From a virus (taxonomy: Duplodnaviria; Caudoviricetes), in IMG/VR virus record IMGVR_UViG_3300009370_001679, positions 1-64,000 of that record: a stretch of DNA of 64,000 nt; one strand, given 5' to 3'. Below, one piece after another: positions 30,501 to 38,042 of the stretch (the first letter of the stretch is position 1; each line of letters starts with the position of its first letter). A model generated the notes under the pieces. It worked only from the letters and a program-made list of their open reading frames with translations. It searched no databases and was not told the DNA's origin. A program made the translations under genes and the position numbers.

Positions 30501-30671
30501 CTGGATGCAAACACCAGCCTGATGTTAACTAGCATTACATCGACATCAGACATAAATGTGTATATGTCAGGGGGATATATATCTACAGGCACAGCAAGTC
30601 TTGCAATTCCATCCGGTATATCGTTACCTAGTGGAAATCCAGAGTTGTTCATAAGAGGTTATAGCGAGTAA
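21567..30671 (+). CDS. Giant tail tip/fibre protein (3034 aa) with FG-GAP-like propeller repeats and beta-strand shaft repeats
   Basis: GFGAKIQLAGDFAFVGAP..DGAVYIF and LFGYDL..LSVGEP repeats; many ~15-aa [PSN]L[YF][IM]xG repeats; coupled to the tape measure stop. Confidence 0.65.
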   Translation: MANIKSTKSLHIQNDQTDAAGVYQRNRGMDLFLEAPGGIQQFTNFDAKVASYNNNDAEVRAGLFDSPYRYLELERQYDGTATMPFEYDNGQYYPSDIKILDDIAVVSYKEHSQRVYLINETMKTGHVIVKVTYDKVGEDEVFNDVDLNSGLVFANVGTAARNLTEFAGASNIVGSNSGVESGYSISPTGDVAVDLGIGCTTTTSDEDCTVFGGDTWTWSGGTWVQQTFTGCGACLDPSSATSCGCDSMPPVAPGTYDGEGGTGTCAAKTEVVCDPFVEDDDGTDVKKRVNEGVQDCAGPTMPADALENKEGGIFFSQVKNKKGEIIDVLQGLVVDFSEKSTPSDATLLSLRSRHDSNLIWVDECAEDTVTYYYKVPCQVVDSFYWQIGQKTQCGRVDIFERRSGTITAVDGNKITVTGPTGDSELIIDGFDTNLLNDYDRIKIVSGVNETPKDHVHPINGIKYVKRTANGDTEYYIYDDENLTQETDTSSLKSTDGLLWAFHPDDSDFGVWRYKTTLFSPNGLNGDGVTGRGRTPYVNQGGVGQIAGYTGGYYSGGNDTDIRNALDLMAWGYRFGQAIDIIKQPGTDYYWLAISELGNIANSDSGMDYFGRVQGSQNSLALSKSVLITDKDGNPVLDENGLRQTEMRGISLDEAIEFGLDPKLPGLASMFINHITGKYDEQIDWNHTEHYSYGGVEQDQSNRASGKITSILSPYGYQVLKPKHLGYGRVWLYKINMNSADSAISSIGTAEEINAATRNGHISEPPLCMGDYIAGLTDVDFPTNVEGLDGYGYSIFSKLGYLYWFRAWISNLKSGTVGGFSGHAKAHHRGSFDKWNYNSGYPKKWAPSWSSDEEDTDEYGNPGGFDSGMDIDLPGGGTMGGMMGDMGGGGDGDGGDGGDGETKTIGRGGVTNLFFIESQRFVNELVMYKGEFGSVFGTANVNFFPDDILQFFRTNETPYAPYATSADILTNGFKFADGFGFNICMKVDDVTNGSKPIIAISNTAFPYLPPVSRSTDGALDSLQKYLDRLKRKGYEDANTQDFIDRHTKTNEFIIDFLSDGSGEAIDLGSLSRNGSIFIHNCNQQVNTQELDHTLRVSRRDFHLPEDPRKGWWSGKDTLYNKYFYEYNYWYGNPPSMMFRDGSLLVGTDEGRIKVFKEGSLSTHRCKRTKPDSYYTLHSKFITIGDVDYLLPKPGYAGTFAGDPKQPVESSGYRYFTDEDKKHMRKGAFSNRGMVGDSGTFEGGVDYLDTWVWNASSKSPQIYNIEGGREWRVTNRQPISQFIPMIVEDDKPADFVSVYRNYSHYYINPTSDILTTPIMPVLGDNTSGQSATSPYAISNQTDPRVQDKDQRNILLGQPFGYTFRCDNRLLIVHGASYTNEFDTVGNDIAHRLYLYEVNKNGFFDFFQKITPATSNLANGTIPKDGVQNVRRRVDYGSTTKDTPEESTPEYVNVFPEGAMTFEEKNEESRTIAYLMTNMYDALSGMLVLMTPYGKAVFDDSGAAKSYEFVGDQRSVQISPYFSFTEEFNAKNPYNLNNMYSYREGLGIDYPANIYDINDEHGGLCAFYNIETNSSQYNSIRILKSVKFTVDVAENVTIKGADDTDVTQVLPILTFYKDDPRKTITQTGVTDVIGGGTKLPYGPNSANNPNSPHNPLYADGLQDSAALIKYPTYARTSVAGDQGWRGTVIIDGPEISVFAANGSLIKGSSDNKTILYNDGNGYTDGSYSQTFDDVNKASFDSRAQVESTLVVGLMSHNTQTSDFDGTYRTKWVAGDEDTGTWGQELNYIPYSKPFDISSNVHSFINKAKISSVEFTYKDYDLGDLRRFRCATFRESQHGPLTKPFADGFRQPGTEGFLRMGKSKTPAFFDTEGIVLSGTNSESIQIIESVSYDYWGPNYIQYVSDPISHASDIQKPEFLSLSIFSAPQSSESFNMSTSGHIASSGLIPTYIGGVASHSESMPLKIGSTPVVNYLGLSLPVPFGFKCDGMSLFTPTAFGTSIASGMSAQFPGGTGVDKGMALSIGMPHNSGGMKLAMGQAALGSGNMNVAMSGVYGSYNSIPCIEGNLYLNATYVNNGNMPLNLGRLSDSGNMPLYMRTPDPASGVVNLAINTEPFNSNNASYPSGLHLRQKGFAEKTANTNLYIGEQASEASAPLFLMQPHRIPFIDPQSPATYEGDDTSQIPTLYVSGAAVPTANSLDDNFHHQKQMVQENSQFDYSSNAETIISYNSSNSLSRNTLSPSNTADYGVKRISKVGSSLENYNGLGTNSFYNNEMSRQAIDSNGTYLAVGTNSSVLSDDPSLQIFDVLNESSVRLAYTYTEFEEDLLDLGISDAGQIMFYYKDVKVSPENKIAVSIRAQFDQHVSDMIFILEEQAFDRISTTKTDFDECAIKPQKRLSVSVESFERWKITSVFTSSSWKETTSADKILNRVMGESISWKGEDLYYGKQSTRFANVYARYESDDYATENKAFGFGDTSDATNYNKNINNIPTGTKTGFGAKIQLAGDFAFVGAPLLDPYIANNNLSAVNAASPDGAVYIFKYDSGWSYVDAIYSGGLISSAIAGVDSCAYDAKLFGYDLDYDSTSGYLSVGEPMSNTVYQFNISSTGTPSLLNSYSSTDSKFGTFVNSVSAGLITNTKSKIQDVVYSQDFEFSTEEIESEIQQYVPGVNVINSVSHEIVSVQRATLTGKEKLLVARDFEVNYGAGRVKKIQKISLLNLHDINGTLYISGPGPVSDSLNLSMPIPSGGATGDLGITFGSIGTGVAMPLHLSNYIGSGEAPLHMRGPLEIPVPLYMSADYTDTTSETSLVTEGPVYASGTSDLSIEGKTARALSSSMFVLGGTEAGGGMAQMGVSMRIAQVDLYPTSGQQDVLIAGIGDGIGSATATPSLYLGAGDYGPASGTSLLRMEGPPSATVSASKGLAIITDPASGVFETVATLMIPNTQTTDVNGRILKASESLYLSSTAPNSGNMNLVVWREGIGGGKELDANTSLMLTSITSTSDINVYMSGGYISTGTASLAIPSGISLPSGNPELFIRGYSE
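24223..24263 (+). repeat. GGT/GAT low-complexity repeat encoding GGGGDGDGGDGGDG
   Basis: Direct inspection. Confidence 0.75.
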
Positions 30672-30682
30672 GGAGTTAATTT

Positions 30683-32158
30683 ATGGCGGTTACATTTAAT
30701 CCAGTTGGGGGAGACTCAATCACAATCGGCGGTACAGCCGCTACGGGGCCTTTTCCTAAATATTCAGTTTCTACCGAAAGGGTAGAGGCGTCGGACGGCA
30801 CCCTTATAGATATGATATACAGCATATCTGTAACTGGTCAGGTTATAGCTAGTGGAGACATGACAACTGCTGGTGCCAGACAGGATAGTTTACATGCTGC
30901 AATGATAGCTAAATTAGCAGCTATGGAAAACGAGGTTCCCGTTGGAACTCTGGAGATTGTTGCTTATGGTGGGCTTTCTAATGTTTTGCAGTTTAATGAC
31001 GCAACACTCACAGGTATAAGCTTTGGCGAGCAAGATGATGAAACCGCCGGAACCCAAGTTGGGGATTATACTTTTGAGTTCACCGCCCACAAAAGAAGTT
31101 CTACTAAAACTGGTAGTTCGTACAGCCTAGTTAGCGCGGAAGAGAGTTGGGATATATCTGAGAACGCTGAGCGATATTATGTAAGTAATGATTTCACCAA
31201 CCTCCCCAGCAAGACTTATACTATAACCCATACAGTAAGCGCAACCGGATATAACAAAATCACAGACACTACCTTCAATGATTCTGGATGGGCTCAAGCT
31301 AAAGATTGGGTTCTCAGTAGGTTGGTTACTACTCCCGCAACAACCATTGAAACAAATGTCGCCGGTAAAGAAAGGTTCACTGATTTTCAGGGGATCTACA
31401 TGGGCGAAAGCTCTGGCGACTTTATTGATCTAAGCACCGATAGCGCATACAACCATAGTCGAGTAGCGCAGTCAGACCTTCCCGGCGGCTCATATTCTGT
31501 CACAGAGACATGGTATATATCTAAACTCGCGGTCACGCATGATTTTGATATGTCGCTAGATACGGGAGAAGACGGAATAACCAATGTTACAGTTAATGGT
31601 AGCATACAGGGGCTTAACACATCTTCTTTTGCTACAAGATCTGAAGATAAAATTACACAGGCGGAGGGCGTTCTTGATAATTGTTTAACTCAGGCTTATG
31701 GGTTAGCAAATACCTTTTATCAAGCAACTATTACGTCTGCTACACCTCTTAGTACCTCAGAAATGTCTAAAAGTGTATCTAAAAATAGAACAACTGGTGT
31801 TATAACCTATAGTTTAAGCTATAATGATAATGAGTTAGAGTCAGATGATACAATAACTGAAAGTCTTCAAATTTCAGACGATAACGAAGATCGGTCAAAC
31901 AATGTTGTTGCCATAATACAAATTATAGGTAAAACTGATGGCCCTATTTTTCAGAACATGGGAACAACCACTGAAAGGAAAAGGAGTGCAAGCTTGGAAT
32001 GGACAATGAAAAGAGCTAATAGGAGCAGTAAGCCCTCTGCGGATGCTCTCGCTGCTGTTAATGCGTATAAACCTACAGGAGCGTATCAGCTGAGTAAGTC
32101 AGAAAGTTGGACACCCTCAACTGGCGGATATTCTTTATCAATAGAATGGACATATTAG
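30683..32158 (+). CDS. Putative distal tail/baseplate protein
   Basis: 491 aa, beta-rich with repeated ESW/ETW strands; AAGGAG SD; position after tape measure block. Confidence 0.45.
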   Translation: MAVTFNPVGGDSITIGGTAATGPFPKYSVSTERVEASDGTLIDMIYSISVTGQVIASGDMTTAGARQDSLHAAMIAKLAAMENEVPVGTLEIVAYGGLSNVLQFNDATLTGISFGEQDDETAGTQVGDYTFEFTAHKRSSTKTGSSYSLVSAEESWDISENAERYYVSNDFTNLPSKTYTITHTVSATGYNKITDTTFNDSGWAQAKDWVLSRLVTTPATTIETNVAGKERFTDFQGIYMGESSGDFIDLSTDSAYNHSRVAQSDLPGGSYSVTETWYISKLAVTHDFDMSLDTGEDGITNVTVNGSIQGLNTSSFATRSEDKITQAEGVLDNCLTQAYGLANTFYQATITSATPLSTSEMSKSVSKNRTTGVITYSLSYNDNELESDDTITESLQISDDNEDRSNNVVAIIQIIGKTDGPIFQNMGTTTERKRSASLEWTMKRANRSSKPSADALAAVNAYKPTGAYQLSKSESWTPSTGGYSLSIEWTY

Positions 32159-32159
32159 C

Positions 32160-35100
32160 ATGGTACAATTAACAGAGCCTTTAAAAATGTTCGGCGTATA
32201 TGTCGAATCTTTTACGTCGTCGGTTGGATATGGTGCGGAATCCAGCACTATGCAGATGACCCTCGTAGAAGATCCAGACGATAACATTACAATAAAGCAC
32301 TCTCTTGATGGTGGAGCTACATTTGTAGATGGGTTTCCAGAGGTTGGCACAGTGTGCCAGTTTGCTTTTGAGGGGTTTGAGTTTGTAGGCATATTCCAGA
32401 GGTATAACTATTCTGAGTCTACTGGTGGTAGAAAGTATGACGTAACTTTTGAGTCTCCATCTAAAATTCTTGATGGCGTACAGGTTATATTGAGTGGGTT
32501 TGAGGGTACTGGATTTTGGGATAAACCATTTTACCCTTCTACTGACTGGAATTTCACTAGCCAACTTAACAATGTTTATAACCCCTTTGGTATTAAAGAA
32601 AACTACACTTGGGGAGGAACGTTTGGCTATTCTGATTATAACTCAGCTGGCTTTCCTGTTGTAGACGACCCAAACCAAACAGGGTTGGCGGCTAAGGGTC
32701 TCCTCACCATGATAGAGGAGATATCTCAGTCTAAGTATACTTACGACAATCCAAACGGAGCCGCGATACATACTTCAGTTAACTCTAGCGGTGAAGAACT
32801 GATAGGTGGGCCTATATGTTATGGCGACAGTAAATTTGTCATAGACTTTGGAAATCTAAAAACTATTGTGCCGGATTTCTTTAGGCTAAAAGGGCCCACC
32901 AAAAGTATAAATGCTATACTTCAAGAGTGCTGTGAATTGATTGTTCATGATTATGTTACGATCATAGACCCTGTATATACCCAACAGCAAACAGGATACA
33001 GTACTGGTACCACCACTGGTTTTGCTCCCGGTGTTCCGCAGGGTCAATACAAAAAGGTTATTAGAAATGGTGTGGTTCCAATTCAATATGATGTAGATGG
33101 GAACGTTACAGGGCCGGTAATATCTTTTAAGTATTTAGATAAGTCTGAGCAGCCCAGACCGGGCGTTGTCGCAGACCTTGTTGCGGCGGCAAAACAAAAC
33201 GATACTCTTATTTCTGCTAATAATGGTCAGGAATATGCTGATGTCGTTACACAAAAAATGATTATTGGAGATCAAGCTACTCGCGTATGGGAAGCGGGTA
33301 TGGAATATCTTATTCCCGCATATGGAAAAGATCTTAACGGTAACTGGCTATTAGGAACGGGGTTTGGCGATCAAGATTTCGCTCCAGTGGCGCTCGCTAA
33401 TGGTGCAGTGTATCAGGCTCGTATTCAGGAGTTTAGGTCTGCAATGTCGGGGTTTGAGCAGTGGCAATTATATCATGAGCTAGGGGGATTTTATGGGTAT
33501 AGCAATGTGGGCAACCCTCTTTACGGTTCAATAGCTATGGGTACTTCGGCAGCTATTACCGGCTTTCTCCAAAACAGGATGCCGGGCCCAGCTTTGATGG
33601 CTGGCTTTAATGGAGATTGGCATAGAAGGGTGGCAATGGAGGGGAGGGGGGGCATTGAAGGTTCGGGTCGCAGTATGCAAAAAGAGATATTTGACGCGGT
33701 TTTAAATACGGCTACAAACTATTGGGGCAAGACTTACTTTGTATTGCTTCCCGTAGAGCCGGGCGGCTATGATAACAATATTAGATATAAGAATGCATTT
33801 GAAACAGAAGCAGCTTGGGAAATAACTGATGCTGGTTGGGACCCTGATTTTCGTGTTAAAGACATAAGTATGTATAATGATGAGGGCGCACTAAAAGCTT
33901 GCGCCGGATATTATCCCTCTATTTCATCAGGCAGAGCAAGTGCAGCCAAGATGAAAGATTTTGGGAATATAGAAAAAACTGTACCTTATACACTTCCCGG
34001 ATCTACCACGCTAGTAGGGTCAGAGATAAAGGTTGATAAGCAGATCTACTGGATGAATAATCCATACCATCAGAATAATAATAATCCATATGATGATGTA
34101 AGTGCTATGGTACATATAGAGTGTCCACAAGTATGGGAATTTGACCCTAATGCAAGCGAAAAGGCCGCTTTAGATTCCACGATGAACCTCGGGGCATTCT
34201 CGGCTGCATTCCAAGGCGCTCCCGGGTTTATCGGAAAAGTCGATGTACAGGGTAAGCAATTCACTCAGGAGGTGGAAGATGATGATGGCAATAAGTTTAC
34301 GATACCATACAACACATCTAGTTATTCAACATTTGAAAACGAGATGATGGCAATGAGATATGCGCCAAGGGCTGTTAGGCCTTTTAAGGTTTCAATTCCT
34401 CAAAAGAGCAATCGCTATAGCTGGGGTCCTTGGTATAGGTTTAGCACTAAAATAGGTAAGGCTGAGGTAGAACAAAACAGTCAGTTAAAACCTGAAACAT
34501 TTGGAAGTAGAGCGCTTTTAGATAAAGCCGGTGCGGCTTTAACTTATGCTGGAACTGCTGATTTATATGCTTCTGAGTCTGGGTCTGTTGATTTAGCCGA
34601 ATTCCCACAATATAATATCGCAGATAGGTTTAATACAAATGGCCCATATATTACAAAGATGGATGTCTCCGTTGGTACGGGTGGGATTACTACAAAATAT
34701 CAGTTCTCTACATGGACTAGGAATTTTGGTAAGATAGCTAAGTATAATATTGACCGAATAGCGAAGATAAACAAAGATAGAATTAAGGCCCAGAAAGAGG
34801 GAACTGTCGCTCAGTTTAGCACTAATCAAAAGAGCTCTGCAAATGCATTACAGCAGCATGCCAATGTCCTTAATCCCATAGATACAAACTTCATGAGTGG
34901 ACTTCAGGTTCCTGCTCTTCCCGCTGGCGGCGCTAACTCCAATTCGCTTGGGTCAACTGTTATGTCTATGTCTACAAAAAATGCGGCGTCTTTACATTGG
35001 TCTTCTGGTCGAGGTGTTAGCTTTCACGGAAAGAATGCGCCCAGTTATAACTTTAGCTTTGGATGTACTCCCGAGCAGCTATTCTCTCCGGTCGGCATAA

Positions 35101-35942
35101 GAAAAGCACCCACCGAGGGAAAAGATCCGCAAGGCAATCCAGACATTCTACCTTACGTTTGGGAGCCGACTAAGGGGGAAAATATAGATGAAGATGCCGA
35201 TACGTCTGGTGGAGCAGATCATTTTTATAACCAGCACGTATCTCCTACTTCCAGAGATTTAGACCCATATGCTTTGAGTAGGGATGATCCAAATATGCCT
35301 GCGAGAATGAAAGAATTCGTTAAGCTTGATTTTGGGGCAGTTCTGATGGATGACTTTGATTGGCTAATTGGTAAGAGTCCCCTTACGGGCGAAACAAACA
35401 ACATGCATCTATCTTTCAATGGTAATACTGTTCCCAGCGATGTTGACGAGGTGAGGACATTTGGTTTGCGTGGCCCACTACTACTGTCTGGATGGGGTTA
35501 TGACGTTATGGGGCATCCTGTTCCCGGAAAGAAAGATGGTAATTTTGAACCAGTTAATCCCGCAGAAAATAGAGCGAGCTGGAAAACCGGCCCTGTTGAT
35601 TTAAAATGGGACGATGAGCGTCAGGTTTGGGCTGGTGGACTTCAGTTTGTAGAGGGGATTCTTGAAACCATAATTAATCCAGCAGAGGACCCCATTGATA
35701 AGCCAGACACTACGGGCACAATGAAAGTATATAGACGTACTAATAAGGGTGCGGAGATGGAATGGAGCGAGGAAGACGAGCATGGAGAGTATGGAATTAT
35801 AACCCTTACAAACCGCGATGCTTCTTTGTCTGTTGATCCTGATGCTGCCGCATATAAGATATATGTAATGGCGGTGAGGATTAACCAAGAGTGGCGTGTG
35901 GTTTATGTAAGTTGCGATAACTTTGAAGCGCCGGAGGAATAA
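32160..35942 (+). CDS. Putative baseplate hub/tail tip protein (1260 aa)
   Basis: N-terminal F.SSVG.G.ESST..MTLVED and later GPYIT.MDVSVG..GITT.Y.F resemble hub-type tail tip proteins; position. Confidence 0.45.
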   Translation: MVQLTEPLKMFGVYVESFTSSVGYGAESSTMQMTLVEDPDDNITIKHSLDGGATFVDGFPEVGTVCQFAFEGFEFVGIFQRYNYSESTGGRKYDVTFESPSKILDGVQVILSGFEGTGFWDKPFYPSTDWNFTSQLNNVYNPFGIKENYTWGGTFGYSDYNSAGFPVVDDPNQTGLAAKGLLTMIEEISQSKYTYDNPNGAAIHTSVNSSGEELIGGPICYGDSKFVIDFGNLKTIVPDFFRLKGPTKSINAILQECCELIVHDYVTIIDPVYTQQQTGYSTGTTTGFAPGVPQGQYKKVIRNGVVPIQYDVDGNVTGPVISFKYLDKSEQPRPGVVADLVAAAKQNDTLISANNGQEYADVVTQKMIIGDQATRVWEAGMEYLIPAYGKDLNGNWLLGTGFGDQDFAPVALANGAVYQARIQEFRSAMSGFEQWQLYHELGGFYGYSNVGNPLYGSIAMGTSAAITGFLQNRMPGPALMAGFNGDWHRRVAMEGRGGIEGSGRSMQKEIFDAVLNTATNYWGKTYFVLLPVEPGGYDNNIRYKNAFETEAAWEITDAGWDPDFRVKDISMYNDEGALKACAGYYPSISSGRASAAKMKDFGNIEKTVPYTLPGSTTLVGSEIKVDKQIYWMNNPYHQNNNNPYDDVSAMVHIECPQVWEFDPNASEKAALDSTMNLGAFSAAFQGAPGFIGKVDVQGKQFTQEVEDDDGNKFTIPYNTSSYSTFENEMMAMRYAPRAVRPFKVSIPQKSNRYSWGPWYRFSTKIGKAEVEQNSQLKPETFGSRALLDKAGAALTYAGTADLYASESGSVDLAEFPQYNIADRFNTNGPYITKMDVSVGTGGITTKYQFSTWTRNFGKIAKYNIDRIAKINKDRIKAQKEGTVAQFSTNQKSSANALQQHANVLNPIDTNFMSGLQVPALPAGGANSNSLGSTVMSMSTKNAASLHWSSGRGVSFHGKNAPSYNFSFGCTPEQLFSPVGIRKAPTEGKDPQGNPDILPYVWEPTKGENIDEDADTSGGADHFYNQHVSPTSRDLDPYALSRDDPNMPARMKEFVKLDFGAVLMDDFDWLIGKSPLTGETNNMHLSFNGNTVPSDVDEVRTFGLRGPLLLSGWGYDVMGHPVPGKKDGNFEPVNPAENRASWKTGPVDLKWDDERQVWAGGLQFVEGILETIINPAEDPIDKPDTTGTMKVYRRTNKGAEMEWSEEDEHGEYGIITLTNRDASLSVDPDAAAYKIYVMAVRINQEWRVVYVSCDNFEAPEE

Positions 35943-35945
35943 ATC

Positions 35946-38042
35946 ATGGGAAGACCAGCATGTAGCTCCTGCTGTAAGGTTCAACCGTTTGTACCCACGA
36001 AGAAAAAGGGGTGCCGCAAGGAGGATTTTAAGGTCTATTATAAATATGGGGCGGGCGGATGGAAGACATCTAATGAATATGCCGCCTATTTAGCGAGAGG
36101 AGGTAAGAATTCTGGCTTTAAGAGCTTGCAAGAAATAAAGTATGTCTCTAGTAAATCTGATTATGGTGAGTATGCGTCGGAGCTAAACTGCTGGAACTTT
36201 CCTAAGGCTTTCTTTGAGGAAGGCAAGACTATAGATGAGATTGATGAAGAGTTTCAAGCTGGAAACCCAAATTACGGTGTTCATATTCCGAAATTTTGGG
36301 TTATTACACTTGGTGATGATGATGAAAAAAAGATAGTGGTGACTAAACAGCTTTCTGGTAAAAAGAACTATGCATATTTTAGCGTAAGCGGCCTAGACAA
36401 GCAATATTTTCCTAGTGGACATAATTGGTATAGCTGGGAAGACTGGCCTAAATACTTTCCTAGAGATTATTGGACTCAACCGGAGCCTAGCGATTTCTCA
36501 TATGAAGCCACGACTTACGTGGCGGTTTGGACTACTGATATACACTATAGGGGCAAACAAATATTCTACGGTTCTAAATGCATACCTTATAAAAAAGAAT
36601 ATCGGCTCTACAACTTCGGTAGCCCTACCACCGCAGAGGTCTACACTCAGAATATACTAAGGTTTCTTGGCTCGCCCATCTACGAGCTTGATCCCTATGC
36701 TAATTTTAACTATTGCCTTACATTTCCGTTTTTTGCGTTCGATAGCAGTACCAACAGTACTGTACGATTAAACGGCAATACGCATTATTTTCATGCTGGC
36801 GAGGATTGTAATGTTGTTGGACCTCCAGATGGAACAATAGAGGATAACGATATAGAGTTTTATCATGCAGATAAAGAACTATTCACCAAAATAAGTGTAG
36901 AGTCTAAAGACTTCATAGTGTTTAACCCATACTCTGAAGGGGAGGAGCTCGGGAGAGAGGTAACAGATGACGAGCTTGCGGAATACAAAGGAGACACGCT
37001 AAAAGAGCAGGAAGAACTTGTTGACACCCCATTCTTTCAATATGTCGATAATAAAATACGTCTTGAGTCAGACCTACCTCAATATATAATAGCAGAGGAT
37101 GAGCCTCTGGAGGGGATGGTGGAATTCCCAGAGGGTTGGCCCAGAATTGATGGAGAGCCCGGTAAATCAGTTGAAACATTTAAAGAGTATATGGAGAAGG
37201 GTAGAGAGGAAGTTATTTTTGTGTCGTTTAGGACGAAGAGAGGTGCTGATGCATCTGGGATAGATATTGAAGAAGGTATGGAGGTCTATCATCCTGTGGG
37301 GTCTGACGACAAATATACTATTACCGACATAATAGAGTGGGGGCCAGACACTAAGCCCACCAAGGTCAAGCTTAGCAACGGCAGCGTAGTTAATGTGTCA
37401 GAGATTGAGTTGCTACAAGACGCGCTTTATTACGCCATGAATGAGCGTACATATTATTTACAGTTGATATATCTGAAATCTTTAGGCGGAGATTTTTATA
37501 ATCCATTCAAATATAGGGTTACGCAGATTGACTTTACCAACCCAGATATTGACATAGACTGTGTAGAAGATGAAGTTGCAGGGCAGCCAAAAATGGGCGG
37601 AGACGAAAACCCGACCTATATAACGATAACGCAGGACTATTCGTGGGGCAAGGTAGACAAAGATAAAAAGGAAAAAGGCTCATATTTGAGGCTATCTGAA
37701 GGAAACCCTATAACTCTAGATCTTGACGATCCGGTTCCAATGAGCCTAAAGGATGATATTGTCCTTACCAGTTCGGCCGAGTTTAGGTATAACCCAAAGA
37801 GCAGTGACAACAATATTTTTGCTAGTTTTGATAAGCTATATCCAGCAGAAGACTCTTGGACTATAAATTTTCCTGAAACAACTGGTGAGACGCAAGATTT
37901 TTTATTCAATATAGATGACGGCAGCGAGGTAGTATGGTTCACCAACAAACAGCTACCTAAAAGCGGGTATTTCTTTGGCAATTTTGTCAATTTAACATTT
38001 TACTTACAGGAAATAGACGAATGGAAAAACGAGCAGATATAG
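35946..38042 (+). CDS. Hypothetical tail-associated protein with N-terminal PACSSCC
   Basis: 698 aa, GGAGG SD, aromatic/acidic composition. Confidence 0.55.
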   Translation: MGRPACSSCCKVQPFVPTKKKGCRKEDFKVYYKYGAGGWKTSNEYAAYLARGGKNSGFKSLQEIKYVSSKSDYGEYASELNCWNFPKAFFEEGKTIDEIDEEFQAGNPNYGVHIPKFWVITLGDDDEKKIVVTKQLSGKKNYAYFSVSGLDKQYFPSGHNWYSWEDWPKYFPRDYWTQPEPSDFSYEATTYVAVWTTDIHYRGKQIFYGSKCIPYKKEYRLYNFGSPTTAEVYTQNILRFLGSPIYELDPYANFNYCLTFPFFAFDSSTNSTVRLNGNTHYFHAGEDCNVVGPPDGTIEDNDIEFYHADKELFTKISVESKDFIVFNPYSEGEELGREVTDDELAEYKGDTLKEQEELVDTPFFQYVDNKIRLESDLPQYIIAEDEPLEGMVEFPEGWPRIDGEPGKSVETFKEYMEKGREEVIFVSFRTKRGADASGIDIEEGMEVYHPVGSDDKYTITDIIEWGPDTKPTKVKLSNGSVVNVSEIELLQDALYYAMNERTYYLQLIYLKSLGGDFYNPFKYRVTQIDFTNPDIDIDCVEDEVAGQPKMGGDENPTYITITQDYSWGKVDKDKKEKGSYLRLSEGNPITLDLDDPVPMSLKDDIVLTSSAEFRYNPKSSDNNIFASFDKLYPAEDSWTINFPETTGETQDFLFNIDDGSEVVWFTNKQLPKSGYFFGNFVNLTFYLQEIDEWKNEQI

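Noticed and set aside
38021-38042. Possible -1 frameshift fusing the 698-aa and 581-aa ORFs
   Set aside because: G-AAA-AAC is not a full slippery heptamer, and the second ORF has its own ATG and N-terminal Cys motif.
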